DNA of 64,000 nt from an uncultured delta proteobacterium (GCA_963810935.1 CAWEPK010000008.1:288001-352000), one strand, 5' to 3'. Positions 9,004 through 19,172 are shown, counted from the stretch's first letter. Program-made: numbers and translations. Notes: a model not told the origin generated them from the letters alone.

Positions 9004-10170
9004 ATGAAAATTGAAGTGAAATCCGACAGACCCGGGCGCGAGCTGAAGGTTGCTCGTCTCGACGTTTCCGGCTCGTCCGACTCCCTGACGCTCTCCCTTT
9101 CGGGCGATTGGAGGCTATCCAACTCCCTTCCTCCCCGGGACGCCCTCAAACGGGAAATCGCGAATAATCCTTCTATACATACGATAGAGTTCGAGGCAGC
9201 CCGCCTTGCCGGCTGGGACAGCGGCCTTCTTGCCTTTCTACGGGACATCATGGCCTTCTGCGCGAGCCGCAATATAGAGCTGCGCCTGGACGGCCTGCCT
9301 GCCGGTGTCCGGCGCCTCATGACGCTCGCTGCGACGGGCCCGGGGCACGCGGAGGGCCAACACGGCCGGACGACTGCGCAGCCCCTGGAGCGCCTGGGCG
9401 GACTCTCCGTCGCGGGGGCGAGCGCCGTCACCGAAACGCTCGGCTTCCTCGGAGAAGTGATGGCAGCTTTTTTCAGGATGCTGAAGGGCAAGACCCGCTT
9501 CCGCGGGCATGACTTTTTGCGGTTCATTCAGGAGTGCGGCGTGGACGCCCTCCCCATCGTATCGCTCATCTCCATCCTGGTCGGCCTCATCCTCGCCTTC
9601 GTCGGCGCCATCCAGCTCAGGATGTTCGGCGCGCAGATATATATCGCGAACCTCGTCGGCATCTCGATGGTGCGGGCCATGGGCGCCATCATGACGGGCA
9701 TCATCATGGCGGGCCGCACCGGCGCCTCCTTTGCCGCGGCCATCGGCACCATGCAGGTTAACGAGGAGGTAGACGCCCTTCGGACGTCCGGCATACCGCC
9801 CATCGATTTCCTAGTCCTGCCCAGGGTGCTCGCCCTGGCGGTCATGATGCCGCTCCTGACGCTCTACGCAGACCTCATGGGCATCCTGGGCGGCCTCATC
9901 GTGGCGGTCGCCGGCCTGGACATAAATCTGTTCGAGTACCTGAACCAGACAAAGCTTGCGGTTAACCTGACGAACGTAGGCATAGGCATTTTCAGCGGCC
10001 TCGTTTTCGGCGTCCTCGTCGGGCTTGCGGGCTGCCTGCGGGGCGTGCAGTGCGGCCGCAGCGCATCCGCAGTCGGGAGCGCTACCACGTCGGCCGTTGT
10101 TTCCGGCATAGTGAGCATTATCGTCGCCACCGCCATAATCACCGTGGTCTGCGACATGCTGAGGATATAA
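9004..10170 (+). CDS. mlaE: MlaE family ABC permease with N-terminal STAS-like domain
   Basis: WDSGL STAS motif, AGRTGASFAAAIGTMQVNEEVDAL, VGSATTSAVV; start uncertain (8959 or 9004). Confidence 0.9.
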   Translation: MKIEVKSDRPGRELKVARLDVSGSSDSLTLSLSGDWRLSNSLPPRDALKREIANNPSIHTIEFEAARLAGWDSGLLAFLRDIMAFCASRNIELRLDGLPAGVRRLMTLAATGPGHAEGQHGRTTAQPLERLGGLSVAGASAVTETLGFLGEVMAAFFRMLKGKTRFRGHDFLRFIQECGVDALPIVSLISILVGLILAFVGAIQLRMFGAQIYIANLVGISMVRAMGAIMTGIIMAGRTGASFAAAIGTMQVNEEVDALRTSGIPPIDFLVLPRVLALAVMMPLLTLYADLMGILGGLIVAVAGLDINLFEYLNQTKLAVNLTNVGIGIFSGLVFGVLVGLAGCLRGVQCGRSASAVGSATTSAVVSGIVSIIVATAIITVVCDMLRI

Positions 10171-10182
10171 GGCAAAAGGAAC

Positions 10183-11006
10183 ATGAGCACAGGGGACCCA
10201 CAGATCGTAGTAAAGGACTTGACCATGGCTTACGGCAGCAGGGTCGTGCAGCGGGACCTCACGTTCACCGTCCACGAAGGTGACGTCTTCATCATAATGG
10301 GCGGCAGCGGCTGCGGCAAAAGCACGCTCATGCGCCACCTCATCGGCCTCCAGAGGCCCGCGAAAGGGTCAGTCCTGTACGGGAGCGTCAACTTCTGGAA
10401 CGAGCCGGACGAGCGGCGCGAGGCCATGATGCGCCGCTGGGGCATACTTTATCAGAGCGGGGCGCTGTGGAGTCTCGATGACGCTCGCCGAGAACATCGC
10501 CCTGCCCCTGGAAGAATACACCACGCTGTCTCCCGGCCGGGTAAAGGAGATAGTCTCCCTGAAGCTCGCCCTTGTCGGCCTTTCAGGTTTCGAGGACTAC
10601 TACCCGGCAGAGATCAGCGGAGGCATGAAGAAACGGGCCGGCCTGGCACGCGCGATGGCCCTCGACCCGGAAATCCTGTTCCTCGACGAGCCGTCGGCGG
10701 GGCTCGACCCGATAAGCGCGAGCCTCCTCGACCAGCTCATTGTCGAGGCTGAAAGACAGCCTGGGCACGACCGTAGTCGCAGTCACGCACGAACTGGCGA
10801 GCATACTTGCCATAGGCACCGATTCCGTCTTCCTCGACAGCGATGCCAAGACCATGATAGCGTCCGGACCCCCGGCGAAGCTGCTGGCGGAATGCGATAA
10901 CCTCACCGTCCACACCTTCCTGACCAGGGGCCGTGAGATAAGACCGGACGGGGCGAGCGTCCCAAAGCAGCAGCAAGGGGCGTCACGCCGCAGGGAGATA
11001 CCATGA
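10183..11006 (+). pseudogene. mlaF: MlaF family ABC ATPase broken by two +1 insertions (about 10474 and 10748); likely intact if these are sequence errors
   Basis: Walker A GGSGCGKS in frame 1, ISGGMKKR/FLDEP in frame 2, VTHEL in frame 3; removing one base at each junction restores GALWSSMTLAEN and IVELKDSLG. Confidence 0.85.
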
Positions 11007-11971
11007 GCAAACCGGCGAGCAAGACATTGATCGGCGCTTTTACCGCGGGGGCCGTCGTACTGGCCGTCCTTGCGGTCGTAATCTTCGGGTCCGGCCGTTT
11101 CTTCAAGAAGACCTTCGTTAACGTCATGTATTTCCACGGCTCGGTCAAGGGTCTCAGCGTCGGCAGTCCCGTCACATTCCGCGGGGTCCGCATCGGGTCG
11201 GTAAAGGATATAGAGCTTCGCTACGACGCGAAGGACCTCTCCTTCATCATCTGCGTATACGCCGACTTCGACCCGGACAGGATAGTCTACGTCGGCCACC
11301 GGCCAGGCACACAGCATACCGAGGAGCTGATACAGAAGGGCTTGCGCGCGCGCCTCGAGGCCCAAAGCATCGTCACGGGCCAACTCGTGATAAACCTCGA
11401 TTTCTGGCCGGGAAAACCCGCGACAATCATGGGGCTCGATAAGCGATACCCGGAGATACCAACCATAGCCTCCGAGATAGACGAATGGCTCAACCTGGCG
11501 GAGCAAATCCCGGTCAAAGAGCTTTCGGCAAAGGCTATGTCCGCGCTGGAAAAACTCGATAAGCTGATAAGCTCGCCTTATGTATCTTCGAGCCTGAAAT
11601 CGATGAGCGAAAGCATGAAGGAGACGAGGGCGATCGTCATCAAGATAGGCAGCCAGATAGACCCCATAGTCGCCAACATCAAGGAGGGCACCGGCGAGCT
11701 GCGCGACCTGGTCCGCAAGGGGCAGAACGTCCCTGAAAGGCTGGACAGCACGCTTACTGCGGCGGAAGACGCCATGAAGCAGGCACAGAAGACGCTTGCC
11801 TCGGCGCAGGAAGTCGCCTCCGAAGATTCGTCGCTCGTCCGCGATCTGGGGTCCACCCTCGAGGAAGTCTCGGCAACGGCGCGCTCGCTGCGGTTCTTGA
11901 GCGACTACCTCCAACGCCACCCGGAGGCGATCATGCAGGGAAAGAAAACCGATAAAGGAGACAGGCCATGA
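11003..11971 (+). CDS. MCE domain protein (MlaD/PqiB-like)
   Basis: N-terminal TM, GSVKGLSVGSPVTFRGVRIG, helical C-terminus ending YLQRHPEAIMQGK. Confidence 0.92.
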   Translation: MSKPASKTLIGAFTAGAVVLAVLAVVIFGSGRFFKKTFVNVMYFHGSVKGLSVGSPVTFRGVRIGSVKDIELRYDAKDLSFIICVYADFDPDRIVYVGHRPGTQHTEELIQKGLRARLEAQSIVTGQLVINLDFWPGKPATIMGLDKRYPEIPTIASEIDEWLNLAEQIPVKELSAKAMSALEKLDKLISSPYVSSSLKSMSESMKETRAIVIKIGSQIDPIVANIKEGTGELRDLVRKGQNVPERLDSTLTAAEDAMKQAQKTLASAQEVASEDSSLVRDLGSTLEEVSATARSLRFLSDYLQRHPEAIMQGKKTDKGDRP

Positions 11972-12609
11972 AACACGTGCCCATCCTTATAAGGACAGCC
12001 TGCCTGGCCCTTGGCCTTCTCGTGCTAGCCGGATGCGGCAGCTCGCCAACGCCCAAGTTCTACACGCTCCATTCGGTCGCAGCAAAAGCGGCCGACCCGG
12101 CGCCTGCCGGTCCGCAAATAGAGCAGCCGGCCGCGCCGGTGGTTATCGGGATCGGCCCGGTCGAGATACCCGACTACCTCGACCGGCCGCAGCTCGTCAC
12201 CCGGTCCGAGCAGAACCGGATGCGCCTTCTGGAGTTCGACCTGTGGACCGGCTCCCTGAGGGCGGACGTCGGCCGCGTCCTGATGGAAGACCTGTGCGCC
12301 CTCCTCCCGCCCGACCGTTTCTCGGTCGTCTGGTGGAAGCAGGGGGCGGCGATGGATTACAGGGTGGCCCTCCACATCCACCGCTTCGATGCCGGACCGG
12401 GTGAAGTGCTCCTTTCCGCCCAATGGATGGTCTTCACGAAAGAGAAAAAGGGCGCATCGCTAATAGCAACCTCCCGTTTAACGGAAGCCTCGGGCGCGGA
12501 CCCCGGCGAGACGGTCGCTGCCATGAGCAGGGCCCTCGCCAGGCTGAGCAGAGAGATCGCGCAAAAAGTGCAGGGATCGACGTTGCGCGAGCCGGGCGGA
12601 CAAAACTAA
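11968..12609 (+). CDS. pqiC: PqiC family lipoprotein
   Basis: Lipobox LAGC, GPVEIPDYLDRPQLV motif; last gene of the MCE operon. Confidence 0.88.
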   Translation: MKHVPILIRTACLALGLLVLAGCGSSPTPKFYTLHSVAAKAADPAPAGPQIEQPAAPVVIGIGPVEIPDYLDRPQLVTRSEQNRMRLLEFDLWTGSLRADVGRVLMEDLCALLPPDRFSVVWWKQGAAMDYRVALHIHRFDAGPGEVLLSAQWMVFTKEKKGASLIATSRLTEASGADPGETVAAMSRALARLSREIAQKVQGSTLREPGGQN

Positions 12610-12695
12610 ACGGCCTTTGGAAGAAGGGCCTCATCGCCTAAACGGACGGCGCGATGCGACGCTCGCCTCACCAGAATATGCACGCCGTGTTTCTA

Positions 12696-12723
12696 TTGAC
12701 AAATAGCTGGAGTCGTATATACT
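12696..12723 (+). promoter_or_regulatory. sigma70-like promoter of the PAS kinase gene
   Basis: TTGACA-16-TATACT. Confidence 0.6.
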
Positions 12724-12775
12724 TGCGAACAGGGGGCGCCGCTGTACAACGGCGCCCTCCGTATACAGGGAGGGC

Positions 12776-14557
12776 ATGGAAGAACAGGTCCAGATAGAAG
12801 AAGCATTGCAGTGGGCGGAGCAAAGGTACAGGCATATCTTTGAGAACGCCACTGAAGGCATTTTCGAAGCGGGCATCAACGGCCGGTTCGTCAGTGCAAA
12901 CCCCGCCCTCGCCCGTCTCCACGGCTACGACTCTCCCGCAAAGCTAATAAGCGCGATCGACAACATCCGCGACCAGCTCTTTATCGACCCCGACCGCCAC
13001 AGAAATATGATAGCCCTTCTGAAGGAGCACGACGCGGTGCGCGACTTCGAAGCCCGGATGAGGGCAAAGGACGGCAGCGGGCACTGGGTTTCCATAAACG
13101 TGCGGGCCTTCAAGGATGAAGACGGCAAAATCCTCTTCTACGAAGGCACGATGACGGACATAACTACGCGCAAAGAGGCCGAGCAGGCCCTTGCGGAGAG
13201 CGAGGAGCGGTACAGGACGGTCATCGAGCACTCGAACGACGGCATCGCCATAACAAAGGACGGCATGCACGAGTACGTCAACTCGCGGTTCGTGGAGATG
13301 TTCGGCTATCAAAGCCCGCAGGATGTAATCCACAAGCCTATCACGATAATAGTCCACCCGGAAGACAAGCAACGGGTCATGGCGATGCACAGGCGGAGGA
13401 TGGAAGGTCAGCCGGTGCCCCCAAGGTACGAGTTCAAAGGGATCACGGCCTCCGGCGGCATCCTTTTCATCGAGGTCTCCGCTGCGGCCACCACATTCAA
13501 GAACGACCCCGTCATTCTCATCTTTCTGAGGGACGTGACCGAGCGAAAGCGCGCCGAGCAGGTCTTCCTCGAGTCGCACAGGGAGCTTGAGCAGCTCAAC
13601 CGCGCGAAGACGAAGGCCGTAAACCACATCTCGCACGAGCTGAAGACGCCTCTTGCAGTCGTCCATGGGAACATCCGGATATTGAGGCGCAAGTTTGAGG
13701 GCGTCTCCGGCAGTGAGACCGTCACGCCCCTTCTCGACACGATGGAGCGGAACGTAGAGCGGCTTTCCCGGATGCAGAGAGAGGCCGACGAGATCCTCCG
13801 CACGTCGCAGGAACTGGAGGCGGAAAGCCTGGTAGGCGAGATAGACAAGCTCCGTGAGCGGTTGTCCGATTTCGGGGACATACCGGCAGAGATAGGCCCG
13901 TGCCTGGACACCGTAAGAGAATGGGTGGACGGCCAGGTGCCGCGCGCCACGGATGCCTTCCAGCCCCTCGACCTTCACCCCTTCCTGCAGCAGGCTGCGG
14001 AAAGGGCCAGGCACGCCGCCGGCGACAGGAGCATACAGGTGGGCATCGAGGGCGACGCGAGCGCAAGCATATGGATCCTCACCGAGCCTTCCGTCCTCAG
14101 GGAGGTAATCGACGGCCTCTTGCGGAACGCGATAGAAAATACCCCGGACGGCGGGAGCGTAACCGTTTCCATCGAGGAGAGGGAGGAAGACGTGCTGGTG
14201 CACGTGACGGACACGGGCGTCGGCATCTCGGAAGAGAACCAGCAGTATATATTCGACGGCTTCTTCCACCCGAAAGACACGGAGATATACGCCTCGAAGC
14301 AGCCCTACGATTTTTTTGCGGGCGGTAAAGGCTTAGACCTGCTCAGGATGAAATATTACGCCGAGCGCTTCGGTTTTGCGCTCTCCGTAAAGAGCACCCG
14401 CTGCCCCAACCTGCCTACCGACGCCGACGTCTGCCCCGGCAGCGTCACCCGCTGCCATTATAATCAGGCAACGGGCGACTGCCAGAAATCGGGCAGCACC
14501 TTCACGGTCACATTCATCAGGAACCCGGAGAAACCGGGTAAACCCGCAAAGGCATAA
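12776..14557 (+). CDS. Cytoplasmic PAS-PAS sensor histidine kinase
   Basis: Two PAS/PAC repeats, SHELKTPL H-box, NAIENTPDGG N-box, DTGVGI G1 box, atypical GGKGLDL G2 box. Confidence 0.92.
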   Translation: MEEQVQIEEALQWAEQRYRHIFENATEGIFEAGINGRFVSANPALARLHGYDSPAKLISAIDNIRDQLFIDPDRHRNMIALLKEHDAVRDFEARMRAKDGSGHWVSINVRAFKDEDGKILFYEGTMTDITTRKEAEQALAESEERYRTVIEHSNDGIAITKDGMHEYVNSRFVEMFGYQSPQDVIHKPITIIVHPEDKQRVMAMHRRRMEGQPVPPRYEFKGITASGGILFIEVSAAATTFKNDPVILIFLRDVTERKRAEQVFLESHRELEQLNRAKTKAVNHISHELKTPLAVVHGNIRILRRKFEGVSGSETVTPLLDTMERNVERLSRMQREADEILRTSQELEAESLVGEIDKLRERLSDFGDIPAEIGPCLDTVREWVDGQVPRATDAFQPLDLHPFLQQAAERARHAAGDRSIQVGIEGDASASIWILTEPSVLREVIDGLLRNAIENTPDGGSVTVSIEEREEDVLVHVTDTGVGISEENQQYIFDGFFHPKDTEIYASKQPYDFFAGGKGLDLLRMKYYAERFGFALSVKSTRCPNLPTDADVCPGSVTRCHYNQATGDCQKSGSTFTVTFIRNPEKPGKPAKA

Positions 14558-14600
14558 GAGACACCCGGCCTGTATTTTTTATCCACGAATTCAGATGGAC

Positions 14601-14627
14601 TTAACAATTTACCCTCCCGTCCGATAA
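14601..14627 (+). promoter_or_regulatory. sigma28 (FliA)-like promoter of the MCP gene
   Basis: TTAA-N15-TCCGATAA about 45 nt upstream of the start; typical context for a chemoreceptor gene. Confidence 0.6.
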
Positions 14628-14673
14628 TAGAACCAGGTGTCAAAACATACCGACCTTTTTGGGGGGAGATAGC

Positions 14674-16335
14674 ATGAAGCTGAGTAAAATTCAGCTCTAT
14701 TGTGGGAAAGCGATCAATCTCAAAGAGATGAGCATCACTGGTAGGCTCCGTATCGGACTCGGCCTGATCATCTTTTTTCTTGTGGTGCTGACAATTACGG
14801 GCATAAGGTCCCTGACTATGATGAACGCCGACATGGGCCGCATCATGCAGGACAACTACCGCAAGATCGCCGGCGCTCAGACCATGAGGAACGCCATAGC
14901 CGATATCGACAACCACATGTACAATGCGGCCCTCGCCAATGACGCCGAAACAACCAGGGCGGACACGGGAAAAATAAAGGAAGCCCGTGACACATACAGC
15001 GCGGCCATGGCCGACCTCGAAAAACTTGAGCTTAACCCAAAGGGTAAGGAGATCCTGGGCATTATCAAGGACAACTTCAGCATCGTGCAGAACGCGCATG
15101 ACCGCGTGCTCGAGCTGATAACCACAAACAACATGAGCAACGCCACCAATACGCTGATGGCCAGCCGCGAGATATCGAAGGGTTTATCGGCGGCTTCCGA
15201 AGACATGGTGCGCTACCAGCAGCAGCGGGCGGTCGAAAATGCCGAACGGGCGGAAGCCACTTTCGTGCGCACGCGCTATTTCCTGATCGTACTGGGCGGC
15301 TCGGTCCTGCTCTTCGCCCTTTTCCTGTCCCGCTTCTTGTCCAGCAGCATCACCGTCCCTTTGAGCGAAGGCGTCGCAGTAGCGAAAAGGATAGCCGAAG
15401 GCGACCTTACGGCCCGCATAGATAACCCTTCGACCGACGAGACCGGGCAACTGCTTCAGGCAATGTCGAATATGGTGGGGAACCTGCGGCGGATCATCGG
15501 CGAAGTAAAGACCGCGGCGGGCAACATCGCCTCCGCAAGCCAGCAGCTTAACGCAAGCTCGGAGCTTATGTCGAAAGGCGCGGGCGACCAGGCGACCAGG
15601 AGCACCCAGGTTGCAACTGCATCCGTCGAGATGTCACAGACAGTGCTCGACATCGCCCGGAACGCTTCATCGATAGAGACCTCGGCCACGGGCACGGCCG
15701 GAATGGCGAGGGACGGCGAAGGCGTAGTGGAAAGGTCCGTAGAGAAAATCAGGGCCATTGCGAAGACCCTCGGCGAATCGGCGGAGCTGATAAAACTCCT
15801 CGGCGAGCGGTCTAACCAGATAGGCGCAATTATAAATGTAATCAACGAGATAGCGGACCAGACGAACCTGCTCGCCCTTAACGCGGCGATCGAGGCGGCC
15901 CGCGCGGGAGACGCGGGGAGGGGTTTTGCGGTGGTCGCCGACGAAGTGAGGAAGCTCGCGGAGAGAACGGGCAACTCCACGTCAGAGATAGGCGGCATGA
16001 TAAACGCCATCCAGGCGGAGGTTCGCAGGGCCGTCCTTTCCATGGACAACATCACGAAGGAAGTCAACGTGGGCGTCGACCTCTCGAACGAGGCGGGCGG
16101 GGTCCTGCGCGATATCGTGGCAGCCGTCGAGCAGCTTCACCTTATGGTGCAGCAGATCGCCTCGGCTACCGAAGAGATGACGACCAGCTCCGACGAGATC
16201 CACAAGGACATCGAAGGCATCGCATCCGTGTCGCGCGACGCGTCGGCCAGCTCGGAACAGATAGCGCAGGCAAGCCAGGAGCTTGCGAACCTGTCATTGG
16301 GACTTGAAAAGGTTGTGAGCGGGTTTACGGTTTAG
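14674..16335 (+). CDS. Methyl-accepting chemotaxis protein (4HB-type sensor, HAMP, signalling domain)
   Basis: Two TM segments, HAMP, IADQTNLLALNAAIEAARAGDAGRGFAVVADEVRKLAERT. Confidence 0.95.
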   Translation: MKLSKIQLYCGKAINLKEMSITGRLRIGLGLIIFFLVVLTITGIRSLTMMNADMGRIMQDNYRKIAGAQTMRNAIADIDNHMYNAALANDAETTRADTGKIKEARDTYSAAMADLEKLELNPKGKEILGIIKDNFSIVQNAHDRVLELITTNNMSNATNTLMASREISKGLSAASEDMVRYQQQRAVENAERAEATFVRTRYFLIVLGGSVLLFALFLSRFLSSSITVPLSEGVAVAKRIAEGDLTARIDNPSTDETGQLLQAMSNMVGNLRRIIGEVKTAAGNIASASQQLNASSELMSKGAGDQATRSTQVATASVEMSQTVLDIARNASSIETSATGTAGMARDGEGVVERSVEKIRAIAKTLGESAELIKLLGERSNQIGAIINVINEIADQTNLLALNAAIEAARAGDAGRGFAVVADEVRKLAERTGNSTSEIGGMINAIQAEVRRAVLSMDNITKEVNVGVDLSNEAGGVLRDIVAAVEQLHLMVQQIASATEEMTTSSDEIHKDIEGIASVSRDASASSEQIAQASQELANLSLGLEKVVSGFTV

Positions 16336-16817
16336 GGACCTTCCGGCTTCTTGTCGAGGTCCTGCAAGGCTGCGTCGGACAGCTTTTTGACGACATCACT
16401 AGAGGCGCTTCTGTTCACTTCAGAATATAGGCGCCTTGCTTCTTCTTTCGAACCCTTCAGCAAGGCAATCCTGGCGAGGTAGAGCCTGGAGATATCCCGC
16501 ACGCCTGCCGGGCCGGCCTTGGCCGCCTCCTGGAAGGTGCGTTCCGTTCGGGCAAGCGCGTCGCCCTGCGGGTTGCCCACGTATTCCTGGTAGCTTCTGA
16601 TCCCCTGTGCCAGAAGGAATTGCGCCTTTTCGTCCCTGGCGGACCGATAGTAGCCGTAGCCCCACCCTGCGCCGCCGACAATGACGGCGATGATCGCGAT
16701 AGCGATGCAGCGGTTCCTGTTCTCGCGGACCCAGTCTATCGTGTCGGTGAAGAAAGACTGGATTGGATCGGGCCTTCTGATCTCGTCGCGGACGTTCTTT
16801 TTAACTTTCATCGGCAT
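16332..16817 (-). CDS. YfgM-like TPR membrane-anchored protein
   Basis: IRRPDPIQ..WVRENR, single TM helix, helical TPR-like tail. Confidence 0.7.
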   Translation of the reverse strand: MPMKVKKNVRDEIRRPDPIQSFFTDTIDWVRENRNRCIAIAIIAVIVGGAGWGYGYYRSARDEKAQFLLAQGIRSYQEYVGNPQGDALARTERTFQEAAKAGPAGVRDISRLYLARIALLKGSKEEARRLYSEVNRSASSDVVKKLSDAALQDLDKKPEGP

Positions 16818-16864
16818 GCCAGTATTCCAACACAGGCGGTTCTAAATGTCAACGCCGTCTCGCT

Positions 16865-16953
16865 GCGCTGAAAAAAAGGCTAAACCATTGCTTTGTGCGG
16901 CTGGACTCGCACCCGAGAAAACGACGCGAAAGGCGCGGAAAGATCCCGCCCCC
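16865..16953. repeat. Intergenic repeat family member A (intact copy)
   Basis: GCGGCTGGACTCGCACCCGAGAAAACGACGCGAAAGGCGCGGAAAGATCCCGCCCC aligns by eye to 47895-47911 joined to 48924-48974, and to 41787-41834. Confidence 0.65.
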
Positions 16954-18154
16954 CTACCTCCCGGCGGCGGCCCGCGCCGCTGCCAGATATACTCTGACCC
17001 GGCGCATGTTGGGCTCATCCAGGATGCTCGCCAGTCTCCTTTCGCTCAATGACGCCAGGGCATTAATATTGTCGATCCCATGATCGTCCAGCTTCTGAAC
17101 ATTCGCCAGTCCCAAGCCCTTAAGGTGCATCATGGCCAGCTCTTCCCGCTGGTCTTTGTCGAGCATTTCCGGATCAATACCATAGCTCGTCTCCACCCCC
17201 TTTGCTTCCAGCCGGTCCCGCGTTGCCTCGTCGATAAAGAACAGCTCGCTGACCGGGGCGGTATAGGAGAAAACCGTGTAGCGGTCGATCAGGAAGAACG
17301 TGCCGAAGGCAAGGACAAGGGCTAAAAGGCAGGCCATTAATTGCTGCCTGCCTGGTCGGATGCCCTGGAGCAGGGTCACGCAGGCCATCGTCTCGATGCC
17401 GAAGGCCGCAAAGCCGACATAACCCAGGGCGGGCATTTCGAAGAGTTTCACGCTCTCGAAGAATGGGACCGTATAGACCCACTTGGTGACGGACCAGTAA
17501 TTCCAGAATTCCCACAGCACGCCGCAGGCAAGGCCCGCCAGCACGGCCGCGAGCATCGGCTTCAGGCGGCCCTCTTCCAGGTCGCGCAGGAAAGAGGCGC
17601 GTCGTGCGCGGTAGTTTATGCCGTCCGCCACAAGGGCGAAAAAGCCCCAGGCAAGGCCGAAAAAGTACGTGGGGAACACCAGGCAGAGGACAAGCAACAG
17701 GAGGCCGAAAGGCATTTCATAACGGCCCCGGCGCCCGGCTGCAAGCGGTGTGCACTTTGCCTCGGGGAGGATGCGCAGGAAAAGCTCGTTCGTCAGGTAG
17801 ACAGCCGGGATGACCGTGCCGAACGCCAGGAAGTACCCGCCGAACCGGACGACGGGGTACGGCGTCACGTTGATGTAGAACCAGTTTTGCAGCCGCAGGT
17901 TGAGAAGCTCGAAGAGGCACCAGAAGCCCGCTGAAAATACGGCGAGCCGGAACAGCCTGCTGCCCGGTACGCGCCTGCTACCGTCTCTTAAAGCCCAGTA
18001 TCGCGTAGATAAGGACTATGTACGACCACCAGGCTACCAGGTAAAACTGGTACATCACCGGCTCGATCTTTTTTATCAGCGTGTAGTAGCCCAGGAATTG
18101 AAACAGGATGGCAAAAACGACCAGAAGCGTGGAAACGCTTTTAGCTTTCAGCAT
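16954..18154 (-). pseudogene. Polytopic membrane protein with C-terminal helix-hairpin-helix-like (DUF4332-like) region; +1 frameshift near 17995
   Basis: ATG 18154 gives MLKAKSVSTLLVVF..AWWSYIV then a stop at about 17980; the other frame continues FWCLFELLNLRLQNWFY..LWEFWNYWSVTKWVY..HLKGLGLAN. Confidence 0.7.
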
Positions 18155-18203
18155 TCACGCCCCCGAAGGCGCACCCGGACATCGGGACCTACGGGGTCGA
18201 CGG

Positions 18204-19172
18204 CTACCGGTGGTTACTCGCAGACCTCGGCGGCTCCTGGTCCGTCGCCTCTGTAAAATCGTCCGATTGCGGCGGCGCCATGACCCTGACCGCCCCCATA
18301 TAGTGTCTCTCGAAATAACCGCCGCCGAGATGATCGACTTTTACGCCTCTTTTGAAGACGGAAGAAGCGTGTATGAACGTGCCCTCGCCGATATAGATGC
18401 CCACGTGGCTCGGGTAGCGGGCCAGGTTCTTGGTCCTGAAGAAGACAAGGTCGCCGGTGGCCAGCTCGTCCTTCTCCACTCTTGTGCCGGTGCAGTACTG
18501 TTCCTTCGCGCTGCGCGGCAGTTGGACCTCGAAGATCTCATACATTTTTTTGACAAAGGCCGAGCAATCGAGCCCCCTCACGCTGTCTCCGCCGTATCTG
18601 TAAGGCGCGCCTGCGAAGCTCTTCGCCACCTTAACCAGGATACCGCGCTCCTCCTCGCTCTTCCAGGGCTTGAGCGGCTTGTTGCTGAAAGCGATCGGGA
18701 CCTCTGCATCGTCGTCAGCGGCCTTCGGGATGAATACGGTCGTTCCGGGTTTCAGGCGCTTTCTGGCGAGCTTGTTGAGGTCGATGATATCCTGTTTGTC
18801 TACGCTGAACCGGCTCGCGAGCTTATCGAAAGTGTCGCCCTTCCTGGTCTGGTATTCTATGTATTCGTTCTCGTCTTCCCCTGCGGCGGGCTGAACAGCC
18901 GGGATTGTCCGGGGAGCGGCTTGCTTTACGGGCTCTTTCGCCTTTACGGTCTTTACAGGCGCGTTTCGGTCCGCCTTCCAGCGGCCCGAGGCGCCGCGGC
19001 TGTGCTTCGCCCTGGCAGACCTGTACTTGTTAGCCGTACCATGCTTCTTTGAAGTCTTTCGATGTTGATCCCCCGACCAGTCCCTGTTATTCCGGACGGC
19101 CGGATAACCCTGCGAAGAAAAAATGACCAGAACAAAAAGCGTAAAAAAGGAGACTAAAAATGTTCTTCTCAT
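18204..19172 (-). CDS. LysM + NlpC/P60 peptidoglycan endopeptidase
   Basis: Signal peptide, KGDTFDKLASRF LysM, PYRYGG..GLDCSAF, HVGIYIG, FIHASS. Confidence 0.92.
   Translation of the reverse strand: MRRTFLVSFFTLFVLVIFSSQGYPAVRNNRDWSGDQHRKTSKKHGTANKYRSARAKHSRGASGRWKADRNAPVKTVKAKEPVKQAAPRTIPAVQPAAGEDENEYIEYQTRKGDTFDKLASRFSVDKQDIIDLNKLARKRLKPGTTVFIPKAADDDAEVPIAFSNKPLKPWKSEEERGILVKVAKSFAGAPYRYGGDSVRGLDCSAFVKKMYEIFEVQLPRSAKEQYCTGTRVEKDELATGDLVFFRTKNLARYPSHVGIYIGEGTFIHASSVFKRGVKVDHLGGGYFERHYMGAVRVMAPPQSDDFTEATDQEPPRSASNHR

Noticed and set aside
10470..10750. Programmed frameshifting in mlaF
   Set aside because: No slippery heptamer, in-frame stop at the shift site or stimulatory element; two independent shifts would be needed
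16876..16945. c-di-GMP-I riboswitch (GGCTAAACCA resemblance)
   Set aside because: No GNRA-capped P2 or GACGCAAAG/P3 elements; the sequence is better explained as a repeat copy
18155..18240. Possible frameshift at the 3' end of the NlpC/P60 gene (TGA abutting the next ATG)
   Set aside because: The tail is low-complexity in all frames; no evidence favours an alternative stop
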